From an uncultured Gemmatimonadaceae bacterium (GTDB taxonomy: Bacteria; Gemmatimonadota; Gemmatimonadetes; Gemmatimonadales; Gemmatimonadaceae): 64,000 nt of DNA. The stretch is from positions 1-64,000 of the forward strand of contig CAWHHI010000016.1 of NCBI GenBank assembly GCA_963829055.1, written 5' to 3'. The stretch's first letter is position 1; the number at the start of each line of letters is the position of its first letter. The position numbers were made by a program, and so were the translations under genes. Positions 54,193-64,000 of the stretch are shown piece after piece. Under the pieces are notes generated by a model. That model searched no databases and had not been told where the DNA came from. It was given only the letters and a program-made list of their open reading frames with translations.

Positions 54193-55382
54193 GCGCGACT
54201 CGAGCGCGGGCCTCGAGGCGAACGACGCGCTGCCGCTGGCGGGCATCCGCGTCGTCGCGCTCGAGCAGGCCGTCGCCGCGCCGTTCGCCTCGCGGCAACT
54301 CGCGGACATGGGCGCCGACGTCATCAAGGTCGAGCGGCCCGACGGCGGCGATTCGGCGCGCGCGTACGACGGCGCGTTGAACGGAACGTCTGCGTACTTC
54401 GCGTGGCTCAATCGCGGGAAGCGAAGCGTCGTGCTCGATCTCAAGCGAGCCGAGCGATCACGACGTGTGCGCGCAGCTGCTCGCGCGCGCCGATGTGTTC
54501 GTTCACAACCTCGCGCCGGGCGCGGTGGAGCGACTCGGGCTTCGGGTACGACGCGCTTGCCGAGCGAAACTCGCGGCTCGTGTGGTGCGGGATCTCCGGG
54601 TACGGACCGGACGGCCCGCAGCGCGACAAGAAGGCGTACGACATGCTCGTGCAGGCGGAGTCGGGCGTCGTGTCGCTCACCGGGAGCGCGGATGCGCCGG
54701 CGAAGGTCGGCATCTCGATCGCCGACATCTGCGTCGGGGCTGTACGCGTATTCGTCCGTGCTCGCCGCGCTGTTGCGACGCGGGACGCACGGGCAAGGGC
54801 GCGCGCATCGACATCTCGATGCTCGAGTGTCTGACGGAGTGGATGACGCCGGCGCTGTACGTCTGGCACGGGACGGGTCAGGTCCCGGCACGTGTCGGCG
54901 TGCGCCACAACATGATCGTGCCGTACGGCGCGTACGAGTGCGCTGACGGCGCGGTGCTGTTCGCGGTGCAGACGCAGCGCGAGTGGCGGCGGTTCTGTGC
55001 CGACGTCGATGCATAACGCGGCGCTCGCCGACGACGTGCGCTTCGCGACGAACGCGGAGTCGACTGCAAGCATCGCGTGGAGCTGGAGTCGATGATCGAG
55101 AATCGTCTGCGCCGCATTCCCGCGCGCGCAGGTCAATGCGCTTGCTCGCAGGCCGCCGATATACCCACGGGGGCACGTGAACGATGTGCCGGCGGTGATG
55201 GCGCACGCGCAACTCGCGGCGCGCGATCGCGTTGGACGACCGTCGGCGCGCCGGGAGGATCGATTCCGGCGCTGCTGCCGCCACACAATCTTGGCGGCGC
55301 CTCGCCGCGGATGGGTGACGTGCCAGCGTTAGGCGCTCATACGGCGGAGGTGATCGCGGAGCTTGCTCGTGACCGACGCTGA
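54189..55382 (+). CDS. CaiB/BaiF class III CoA-transferase (frameshifted; start approximate)
   Basis: PLAGIRVVALEQAVAAPFASRQLADMGADVIKVE, LNRGKRS, KAYD, PALGAHT. Confidence 0.9.
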
Positions 55383-55420
55383 TCAGGCTGGATCACGCCG
55401 TGATCAGACTCAGGAGGCCA

Positions 55421-55923
55421 ATGATGACGGAGACCGCCGGAAGCGCCGGCCGATGCTACGAGGACTTCGAGGTCGGGCTCGTCATGCGCCACCCGCTGGG
55501 CCGCACGGTGACGGCGACGGACAACGCGTGGTTCGCGCTCATGACGGTGAACACGAATCCGATTCACTTCGACGCACACTACTCGTCGCAGACGGAGTTC
55601 GGGCGACCGCTCGTGAACTCGTGCTTCACGATCGCGCTCGTGACCGGCCTCTCGGTCGCGGACGTCTCGCGCAACGCGGTGAACCTCGGCTGGGATGAGG
55701 TGCGGATGCCGTCGCCACTGTTCGAGGGTGACACGGTGTACGCGCAGTCGAGGGTGCTGCACGACGCGCGAGTCGAAGTCGCGACCGACGATGGGCATCG
55801 TCGAGATCGAGACGACGGGCTTCAAGCAGGACGGGACGGTGGTGATGACGTTCCGGCGGACGATCCTCGTGTACAAGCGCGGGCACGTCCCGACGATTCC
55901 GCCTCCTACGCCGCGAGCGGTAG
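55421..55923 (+). CDS. MaoC family dehydratase (frameshifted; end approximate)
   Basis: GRTVTATDN..F..MT.NTNPIHFD, FEGDTVYA.S, ESKSRP..GIV. Confidence 0.88.
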
Positions 55924-56154
55924 GCGGTCGAGCGGCAGGTTGTCGGCGCATGGCACCGAGCGGCAGCGACGGACCGCTGCGACGGCATTGCAGCCGGTCT
56001 GGCCACGAGTACATGAGCGGAACGGCTCGCCTCGTCGTTCGTGCTTGCTCCGTCGGTGCCACGCGCAGTTCGATCGGCCTCGCAGTCCGACGTGCCCTGC
56101 GCGGTCCGCGCTCTGCGCCGTTAGGCGTCGGCACCGCTGCTCCAGCGAGACGTC

Positions 56155-57456
56155 TTAGAACCGCTCGATCACCCGCTCGACGGCTTCGATCGTCGCGTCG
56201 ATCTCGACCGGCGGATTCGCGAACTCCGGCGGCGGCGACAGCTCCTGGTGATAGCGGAGCAGGGCACCCGGGTCCTTCAGGATGTGCCCCGTCAGCACCG
56301 CGACCACGCGATCCGACGAGCGGATCGTGCCCTCCCTAACGAGTCGCCGTACGCCCGCGACGCTCGCCGCGCTTGCCGGCTCACAGCCCACGCCAGCGGC
56401 GTCCACGACTGCCTTCGCGTCGAGAATCTCGGCGTCGGTCACCGACGTTACCACACCGTCTGTGAACCGAATCGCATTCACGCCGCGGTCGAACGACGCC
56501 GGGTCACCAATGCGGATCGCGGTCGCGACCGTCTCCGCTTTCACCTTGTGGCGCGTGGCGAACGCGTCGCGGAACGACTGCGCGAACGGCGACGCGCCCT
56601 CCGCCTGAATCGCGGCGATGCGCGGGACGCGCGTGATCAGGCCCAGCTCGTGCGCTTCACGCAGCGCTTTTCCAAACGCTGCCGTGTTGCCGAGGTTACC
56701 CGCGGGGAGGACCAGCCAGTCCGGCGCGTCCCAGCCCAGTTGCTCGAGCGTCTCGAGGACGATCGTCTTCTGCCCCTCGACGCGGAATGGGTTGATCGAG
56801 TTGAGCAGATAGATCCCGAGACGCGTGCTCGCCTGCTGCACGAGTGACAGGCAGGCGTCGAAGTCGCCTTTCACCATCAACGTCCGCGCGCCGTACGCGA
56901 GCGACTGCGCCAGCTTACCTAACGCGACCTGCCCGGCCGGCACGAACACGAGCGCCGGAATCCCGGCCTGCGCGGCGTACGAAGCGAGCGATGCCGACGT
57001 GTTGCCGGTGGACGCACACGCGACCGCGCGCGCGCCAATGCGTCGCGCTTGCGTCACGCCCACAGTCATGCCGCGATCCTTGAAGGAGCCGGTCGGGTTG
57101 TGCCCCTCGTGCTTGAGCTGCAACCCATCGACACCAGCCCACGCCGCCACACGCGCTCGCGACAGGAGCGGCGTGTTGCCCTCGGGGTGCGAGACGATGT
57201 GATCGCCGGCGCCAGGCAGGACCATCTCGCGATACCGCCATACGCCCGAACCGCCGTCCGTGCCGTTTATCCGTCGAGCCGAGAACACGCCGCGGAGTTG
57301 AACTCCGCGGACGCTGGGCGGCGCGTGCACGACCTCGAGCAGGCCGCCGCACGACGCGCACGTGGGCGACGCGTCCGTATCCGGAAACTGATGGCCGCAC
57401 ACGGCACAGCGCTGATAGCTCGCGGCCTGCGCCGCAACATCCGTAAGGCCCGTCAT
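56155..57456 (-). CDS. thrC: Threonine synthase
   Basis: N-terminal CxxC..CxxC, EGNTPL, NPTGSFKDRG, ASTGNT, GNLGN, TGHILKD. Confidence 0.96.
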   Translation of the reverse strand: MTGLTDVAAQAASYQRCAVCGHQFPDTDASPTCASCGGLLEVVHAPPSVRGVQLRGVFSARRINGTDGGSGVWRYREMVLPGAGDHIVSHPEGNTPLLSRARVAAWAGVDGLQLKHEGHNPTGSFKDRGMTVGVTQARRIGARAVACASTGNTSASLASYAAQAGIPALVFVPAGQVALGKLAQSLAYGARTLMVKGDFDACLSLVQQASTRLGIYLLNSINPFRVEGQKTIVLETLEQLGWDAPDWLVLPAGNLGNTAAFGKALREAHELGLITRVPRIAAIQAEGASPFAQSFRDAFATRHKVKAETVATAIRIGDPASFDRGVNAIRFTDGVVTSVTDAEILDAKAVVDAAGVGCEPASAASVAGVRRLVREGTIRSSDRVVAVLTGHILKDPGALLRYHQELSPPPEFANPPVEIDATIEAVERVIERF

Positions 57457-58421
57457 GACTCGATCTCCACTCGCGCACCGACCCGATCCACTTCACACAC
57501 GCGCACACTCGACGTGATGGCCTGTGCCGCGAACGCCGCCTCCATCGCCACCGCCACTGCCTGCGCGCACGCGAGGTCGCCAACGAGCGCGAACGTCGTC
57601 GGGCCGGCGCCGGAGATCGACGCGCCTAACGCCCCGGCGGCGAGCGCCGCCGCCTTCGCCTCGCGGAACCCCGGAATGAGCGGCGCCCGCGCCGGCTCGG
57701 CGATGCGGTCGTCGATCGCGCGCCCGAGGAGCGCGAGGTCGCCTGACGCGAGCGCCGCGACGATCGCACCGACCTGCGCCGCCTGATGCAGCGCGATGCT
57801 TCGTTCGACCATCGCCGGCAGCACGGAGCGCGCGTCCGCCGTGCGAAGTCGCTGCGACGGGTGCGCGAGCACGATGAACAATGACGGCGGTACCGGCAGC
57901 TGCACGACGTCGATCGGATCGATCGACCTGATGAGGCAGATGCCGCCGAGCAGCGACGGCGCGAGGTTGTCGAGGTGCCGGCCAGCGACAGTCGCTTCGG
58001 CGAGCAGACACGCTTCGAGCAGGGCGTCCGTCGCGAGCGGCGAGCCGCACAGCACGTTCACGGCGACCGCGCCAGCCACCGCCGATGCCGCGCTACCGCC
58101 CTGGCCCGCGGAGAGCGGCAGGTCCTTCTTCACCGTCAGCGCGATACCGGGCGCCGGCGGGCATCGGCCACCGCCTAACGCCTGACGCAGCACCGCGGAC
58201 GCCGCGATCGCCGACGAGTGCAGCGCCGGATCCGTAGGCAACTCGGGGTGTCCGGCATTGCGCACCACGACGCCTTCCTCGTCGCACCACTCGGCCGTCA
58301 CGCTATCGCCAACGCCGGTGACGGCGCAGCCTAGCACGTCGAGCCCGGGCCCGAGGTTGCCTATGCCGCCCGGGGCGTAGGCGAGCACGCGCTTCGGGAA
58401 AGCGCCCGGCGTCTGGCTCAC
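57453..58421 (-). CDS. thrB: Homoserine kinase
   Basis: NLGPGLD, LPLSAGQGGSAAS, HLDN, ISGAGPT. Confidence 0.95.
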   Translation of the reverse strand: MSQTPGAFPKRVLAYAPGGIGNLGPGLDVLGCAVTGVGDSVTAEWCDEEGVVVRNAGHPELPTDPALHSSAIAASAVLRQALGGGRCPPAPGIALTVKKDLPLSAGQGGSAASAVAGAVAVNVLCGSPLATDALLEACLLAEATVAGRHLDNLAPSLLGGICLIRSIDPIDVVQLPVPPSLFIVLAHPSQRLRTADARSVLPAMVERSIALHQAAQVGAIVAALASGDLALLGRAIDDRIAEPARAPLIPGFREAKAAALAAGALGASISGAGPTTFALVGDLACAQAVAVAMEAAFAAQAITSSVRVCEVDRVGARVEIES

Positions 58422-60919
58422 GAGGCGGCCAGCGCGAGAATGTCGTTCAACACGCCGGCTGCCGTCACCGCCGGTCCCGCACCCGGCCCAGTGATCACGA
58501 GCGGATTCGTCTGATAGCGCATCGTCGTGAAGGCGACCTGATTGTCCGTCCCATTGAGCGCCGCGAACGGGCTCGTCGACTCGACGGCCTGAAGACCGAC
58601 CTCGACGCGTCGTCGCGTGACAGACGCAACATATCGCAGCACTCGCCCAGCGTCCCGTGCCTCACGCGCGCGTTTCTCCCAGGACTCGTCGAAATCCTCC
58701 AGCCGCGCGAGGAAGTCGCGGAGCGGAAGCTTTCGTGCGGGCGGCGGCACGAGCGACTCGAGCTCGATGTCTTCGAGCTCGCCCTCGAACCCGACGAGTC
58801 GGCCGAGGATGAGCGCCTTTCGCGCGACGTCCATGCCGGACAGGTCGTCGCGCGGGTCCGGCTCGGTATAGCCCTTCTCCATCGCCTGGCGCAGCGACTC
58901 GGAGAACTTGCGGCCTCGCCCGATCTCGCTCAGGAGAAAGCCGAGCGTGCCTGACGTGCACCCGTCGATGCGATGCACGCGATCGCGCGCCTCGACGAGC
59001 TTGTAGTACGTGTCGATGATCGGGAGTCCCGCGCCGACCGTCGTCTCGTGGAGAATGCGTCGGTCGTGCGTCTCTGCGGCGGCCTGCAGCGCACGCGCAT
59101 CGCTCAGCGCCCCGGAGAGTGGACGCTTGTTCGCGAGTACCACGTCCATGCCGGCGGACAGTGCGCCGCGGAGCAGGGCAGTCGTGTCGTCCGCGGTGAG
59201 ATCGACGAAGATTGGACGGGACAGCGCGTGACGCGCGATGGACGCGAGCGCCTCCTGCGTCGTCGCGACGGTGCCACCGGCAGCCGCGCTCAGACGCGCA
59301 CCGCCTGCCTTCTCCTTCGCGAGCGACGCGAGTCGACGCGGCGAGATTCCGCCGGGCTCGAACACGTAGCCGCTGCGGTCGATGACCGCGACGACCCGCG
59401 CACGCGGCCCGTTCTGACGTGCGCGGCCGAGCATGCCGGAGAGTGTGCGTCCGATCTGGCCGAAGCCGAGCAGGACGACGTCCGCGTGTTCCGGCCGCAC
59501 GGCCGCGCCGCCACCAAGGCGACTGAGCTGGAATTCGCCGTGGACGCGACGCATCGCTGCCGACAGGTCGGCTTCGGGAACGACTGCGGAGATGTTGAGC
59601 TCCGACGAGCCCTGCGCGATCGCGATGATGTTGATGCCGCCGTCGGCGAGCGCAGAGAACACGCGCGCCGCAACGCCCGGTGTTCCGTGCATGCCGAGGC
59701 CGACGACCGCGAGCGTCGCGAGGCTCGATTCGATCTCGACGTCGTCGATCTCCCGACGCTCGATCTCGTCCGCGAACGCCGCGCGCAGACTCGTTCGCGC
59801 CGCGTCCGCGCTCGCCGCCGGAACGGTGAAGCAGATCGAATGCTCCGACGACGCCTGCGAGATGAGCGAGACCGACACGCCCTCGCGATGAAGCGCGGCG
59901 AACGTGCGCCCCGCGATGCCGGGCACGCCGAGCATGCCGTTGCCGGATACGGTGACGAGCGCCTGCGCGGTGACCGCGGACAGCGCCTTCACGGGATACT
60001 TCGTGAGCGTACGACGCGCGGAGATCTCGGTCCCCGCGGCGGACGGATCGCCGAACGGTCGGATGAACAGCGGCGTCGATCGATTGACGAGCGGCGTGAG
60101 CGCACGCGGATGCAGCACCTTCGCGCCGTAGTACGCGAGCTCGGCTGCCTCACGCGCGTTGAGCTGCGGAATCACGCGCGCGTCGGAGACGATGCGCGGG
60201 TCCGCGGTGAGCAGGCCCGGCACGTCCTTCCACAGCGTCACGGAGGTCGCCCGGAGCGCTCTCGCGAGGAGCGTGGCGCTGAGGTCGGACCCACCGCGAC
60301 CCAGTGTGGCTACCTCGCCCGCGGGTGTTCCGCCAATGAATCCCGGCACGACGGGTGTGATGCGGCGTCGAAGCAGCGGGAGGATCGCCGCGCGCGCGGC
60401 GCGATCCGTGGCCGCGAGATCGGGGGACGCGCCGCCGAACTGTCCATTTGTGCGGATCACGTCAGGCCCATCGACGAATTGCGCGCGCCGTCCGGCCTTC
60501 GTGAGTGCGGCGGCGACAATGCGCGCGCTCAGCCGCTCGCCGCGTGAGGCAACGTAGTCGGACGTGCGAGGTGTGAGCTCTCTAAGGACAGCCAGCCCAT
60601 GAGCGAGCGCATCGAGCTCTGCCATGGCCTCATCGATCTCGGCGAGCAGGGAGCGTCGTTCCGGCGTCGCGCGAAGCAGCTTCATGACGATGGCCCGGTG
60701 CCGCTCGCGAAGCTCGGCCGACGTCTCCCGGAGGACACGTTCCTCGCCTGACGCGGCGCGCCGCGCGCCCTCGAGCAGTGCATCGGTGACACCGGCGAGC
60801 GCGGAGACGACGATGACGGATCGCGTGTCCTGCGCGACAGCGATGTCGACCGCGTGCGAGACGGCGGTCGCGTCGGCGAGCGAGGCTCCGCCGAACTTAT
60901 GAACGGCTATGGAAGGCAC
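58418..60919 (-). CDS. thrA: Bifunctional aspartokinase / homoserine dehydrogenase
   Basis: HKFGGAS, TLGRGGSD, two ACT domains, ETTVGAGLP, GYTEPDPRDDLSG, GPGAG. Confidence 0.96.
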   Translation of the reverse strand: MPSIAVHKFGGASLADATAVSHAVDIAVAQDTRSVIVVSALAGVTDALLEGARRAASGEERVLRETSAELRERHRAIVMKLLRATPERRSLLAEIDEAMAELDALAHGLAVLRELTPRTSDYVASRGERLSARIVAAALTKAGRRAQFVDGPDVIRTNGQFGGASPDLAATDRAARAAILPLLRRRITPVVPGFIGGTPAGEVATLGRGGSDLSATLLARALRATSVTLWKDVPGLLTADPRIVSDARVIPQLNAREAAELAYYGAKVLHPRALTPLVNRSTPLFIRPFGDPSAAGTEISARRTLTKYPVKALSAVTAQALVTVSGNGMLGVPGIAGRTFAALHREGVSVSLISQASSEHSICFTVPAASADAARTSLRAAFADEIERREIDDVEIESSLATLAVVGLGMHGTPGVAARVFSALADGGINIIAIAQGSSELNISAVVPEADLSAAMRRVHGEFQLSRLGGGAAVRPEHADVVLLGFGQIGRTLSGMLGRARQNGPRARVVAVIDRSGYVFEPGGISPRRLASLAKEKAGGARLSAAAGGTVATTQEALASIARHALSRPIFVDLTADDTTALLRGALSAGMDVVLANKRPLSGALSDARALQAAAETHDRRILHETTVGAGLPIIDTYYKLVEARDRVHRIDGCTSGTLGFLLSEIGRGRKFSESLRQAMEKGYTEPDPRDDLSGMDVARKALILGRLVGFEGELEDIELESLVPPPARKLPLRDFLARLEDFDESWEKRAREARDAGRVLRYVASVTRRRVEVGLQAVESTSPFAALNGTDNQVAFTTMRYQTNPLVITGPGAGPAVTAAGVLNDILALAAS

Positions 60920-61149
60920 AGTCAGCAGTGAACAGTCAGTTCGGCGACGATCGCAGCCAACGCTCGGCGACGCAACTGCGTAGACGAGGCAGCGCAATCC
61001 CGTCCGCAGATCGCACGGGGGGGCGCGCCACGCAAGCGGTAGGTAAGCTAGCGCGTCCGCCCGCCAGTCGTCCCACCGACTCGTGCGACGGCGCGCGCCG
61101 GCTATTTTGCCGACCTTCCCCCCTCACTCCCGAGAACCAAGGACCGGTC

Positions 61150-64000
61150 ATGCGAGTGAACGTCCCCGTAGTTCCACGCGCACTTCGCGCGGTCACCCCG
61201 AACCTTCGACCTGGGCGCTGGGCGTCTGGACTCCTGCTGGCTGCGACGCTGGTCGCGCCCGGCGCTGTCCGCGCAGTCGGTGCGCCAAGGTAACAACCCC
61301 GAAGGAATTCTTCGGGTTCAACATCGGCGACGACTGGAAGCTGGCGAACTACGATCAGTTCCAGGAATACTGGAAGAAGATCGACGCCGAGTCCGACCGC
61401 ATGGTCGTGCAGGAGATCGGGAAGACGGCCGAAGGTCGCCCGCAGCTCATGGCGATCATCACGTCGCCGGAGAACTTCAAGAAGCTCGACCGCTACAAGG
61501 ACATCGTCGCGCCGCCTCGCGATGGGCGAAGGCACCGAGGAAGACGCGACGCGCGCTCGGCGCGCGAAGGCAAAGCCGTCGTCTGGTTCGACGGCGGTCT
61601 CCACGCCACCGAAGTCCTCGGCGCGCACCAGCTGATCGAGACGACGTATCAGCTGATCAGCCGCACCGATCCGGAGACGATGCGCTTCCTGAACGACCTG
61701 ATCATCCTGGCCGTTCACGCGAATCCGGACGGGATGCAGCTCGTCTCGAACTGGTACATGAAGGACGCGGACACGCTCAAGCGCAACATGAACATCCCGC
61801 GTCTCTATCAGAAGTACATCGGTCACGACAACAATCGTGACTTCTACATGCTGAATCAGCCCGAGTCGGTGAACATCGCGCGGATTCAGTACCTCGAGTG
61901 GTTCCCGCAGATCGTCTACAACCATCACCAGACCGGTCCGGCCGGTACGGTGATGTTCGCGCCGCCGTTCCGCGATCCGTTCAACTACAACTTCGATCCG
62001 CTCATCCCGATCGGCATCGACATGGTCGGCGCGGCGATGCACGAGCGCTTCCTGCGCGAGAACAAGCCGGGCGTCACGATCGCGCACGGGCTCGAGCTAC
62101 TCGACGTGGTGGAACGGCGGCCTGCGCACGACGGTGTACTTCCACAACATGATCGGCCTGCTCACGGAGACGATCGGCAACCCGACGCCGATGGAGATCC
62201 CGCTCATCACGCGCAATCAGCTGCCGCGCGCCGACCTGCCGTATCCGATCGCGCCGCAGAAGTGGCACTTCCGTCAGTCGATCGACTACTCGGTGACCGC
62301 GAACTACGCGGTGTTCGACATCGCGTCGAAGCGGCGAGAGGACTTCCTGTTCAACGTCTGGCGCATGGCGAAGAACTCGATCGAGCGCGGCAGCCGCGAC
62401 TCGTGGACGATCACGCCGACGGAGCTCGACTCGCTCGATGCGCGCATTGCGCGCGAGCGTCCGAACGCCGGCGGCAGCGGCGGTCGCGCGGCGACGGCAG
62501 TGGTGGCGGCGCGGCGGGCGCGATCAATCCGTTCGGCGGCGCGGCTCCCACGAAGTACTTCACCGAGTACATGCGCGATCCCGCGAAGCGCGATCCGCGC
62601 GGCTACATCATTCCGTCGAACCAGCCGGACTTCCTCACGGCGACGAAGTTCATCACCGCGCTGCGCAAGGTGAACGTCACCGTGCACCGCGCGACGGCGC
62701 CGTTCACGGTCGCCGGCAAGAACTACCCGGCCGGCTCGTACGTCGTGAAGGGGGCGCAGCCGTTCCGTCCGCACGTGCTCGACATGTTCGAGCCGCAGGA
62801 TCACCCTAACGATTTCGCGTATCCGGGCGGCCCGCCGAAGCCGCCGTACGACAACGCCGGCTACACGCTCGCGTTCCAGATGGGCGTGCAGTTCGATCGC
62901 ATCCTCGATGGCTTCGACTGCCCCTGCGAAGTCATCAAGGACCTCGGCACGCCGCCGGCGGGAACGGTCGCCAGCGACGAACGCCGCGGGCTTCCTGCTC
63001 TCGCACGCAACGAACGACGCGTTCGTCGCGGTGAACCGCGCACTCAAGGCGGGCAACGACGTGTTCTGGATCAAGACGCCGATGACGGCGAACGGCAAGA
63101 CGTATCCGGCCGGCTCGTTCTACATCGCGTCGAAGTCCGGCACGCCGCAGATGCTGCAGACGCTCGCGAAGGAGAAGGGCCTGTCGTTCGACGGCACGTC
63201 GGCCAAGCCCGGCGCCGATGCGATGAAGGTACAGCCGAAGCGCATCGCGCTCTGGGATCAGTACGGCGGCTCGATGCCGTCGGGCCACAACCGCTGGCTG
63301 TTCGAGCAGTTCGAGTTCCCGTTCCAGGTCGTGTATCCGCAGACGCTCGATCAGGGCAACCTGTCGAGCAAGTACGACGTGATCGTGTTCCAGGGCGGCG
63401 CGATCCCGGAGCTCAACCGCGTCCGCAGCAGGGCTTCGGTGGCGGTGGCGGCGGTGGCTTCGGCCGCAACGTCGATCCGGCCACGCTTCCCGCGGAGTTC
63501 CGCGGCATGGACGGGCCGCATCACGCCGGACAAGACCATTCCGCAGCTCAAGAAGTTCCTCGAGGACGGCGGCACGATCATCACGATCGGCAGCTCGACG
63601 AACCTCGCGTATCACCTCGGTCTCCCGGTGATGGACAAGCTCGTCGAGAAGACGGCGAACGGGCGAAGAGCGCGAGCTGCCGCGCGAGAAGTTCTACGTG
63701 CCCGGCTCGGTCATGCAGGTGGAAGTCGACAACACGCTGCCGGTCGCGCAGGGGCTTCCGAAGGAAGTCGATGTGTTCTTCGACGAGAGCCCGGTGTTCA
63801 CGCTCGATGCGGACGCCGCGGCGAAGGGCGTGAAGCCGGTGGCGTGGTACGACTCACCGCACACGCTGCGCAGCGGCTGGGCGTGGGGCCAGACAGTATC
63901 TCGACAAGGGCGTCGCGTTGCCGAGGCGCAGGTCGGGAAGGGCAAGCTGTACCTGTTCGGACCGGAGATCACGTTCCGCGGGCAGCCGCACGGGACGTTC
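61150..64000 (+). CDS. M14 zinc carboxypeptidase family secreted protein (frameshifted, runs off the right edge)
   Basis: GLHATE (HxxE), NPDG, GHDNNRD, YNHHQ. Confidence 0.88.

Larger units (their letters stand above)
3038..58180. repeat. Dispersed highly iterated octamer CGTTAGGC/GCCTAACG (at least 46 exact copies)
   Basis: Manual count: 29 CGTTAGGC and 17 GCCTAACG on the + strand, plus about 20 variants retaining most of the GTTAGG/CCTAAC core. Confidence 0.9.

Noticed and set aside
51577..55923. Programmed frameshifting or mass pseudogenisation
   Set aside because: Indels are numerous, lack slippery-site context and leave motifs intact, which fits sequencing error
3038..58180. TTAGGC as nematode-type telomeric repeat or eukaryotic contamination
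   Set aside because: Copies are single, dispersed and embedded in-frame in bacterial genes, never tandem
3038..58180. Integron cassette array (attC series)
   Set aside because: GCCTAAC and GTTAGGC copies are almost never paired within 50-150 bp as palindromes, most lie inside CDSs, and no intI is present
7588..58180. bldA-like TTA-codon regulation
   Set aside because: The same DNA word is also read as GTT AGG, CCT AAC, CTA and stop codons and occurs between genes, so the signal is at DNA level
58973..60547. Long antisense ORFs (e.g. 524 aa here, 406 aa at 34523-35743)
   Set aside because: Shadow ORFs of GC-rich genes with Arg-rich, motif-less translations
60920..61149. Thr/Ile attenuator leader or riboswitch upstream of thrA
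   Set aside because: No Thr-rich mini-ORF, terminator U-tract or recognisable aptamer seen
1..64000. HIP1-like CGATCG/GCGATCGC abundance
   Set aside because: Readily explained by GC content and common codon pairs (GCG ATC GCx); not counted rigorously
1..64000. CRISPR array, rRNA, intact tRNA, IS element
   Set aside because: No regularly spaced repeats, no rRNA-like tract, no complete cloverleaf and no transposase recognised

Overview
High-GC (roughly 68% by eye) bacterial chromosomal segment. Gene content (duplicated MacB/FtsX 'orphan' permease, Ig-like lipoproteins, many secreted peptidases, M14 peptidase, short helical hypotheticals) suggests Gemmatimonadota; this is inference only. Many genes are broken by single-base indels that look like long-read consensus errors. 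It contains three tandem secreted alpha/beta hydrolases, a stand-alone LigD ligase domain, serine hydrolases, a D-aminoacylase, S9/S10/M14 peptidases, a five-gene DyP-peroxidase operon, iolG, a PQQ-dehydrogenase-CHRD fusion, TetR and MocR modules with visible operators, stress genes (dps, LysM, SRPBCC + Zn-ADH), a PrpD-ACAD-CoA transferase-MaoC cluster and an intact thrABC operon. The most striking signal is not a gene: the non-palindromic octamer CGTTAGGC/GCCTAACG occurs at least 46 times exactly (about 20 more with a mismatch), on both strands, in several reading frames and inside core genes, where it forces rare codons. It resembles an undescribed DUS/HIP1/Chi-like genome word and matches the integron GTTRRRY core. 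Also noted: a sigma-54-driven orphan precursor-like peptide gene, a tRNA-Asn 3'-half relic, two CGTC/TGTC-type palindromic repeats and a set of candidate sigma-54 promoters. No CRISPR array, rRNA, intact tRNA or intact mobile element was found.
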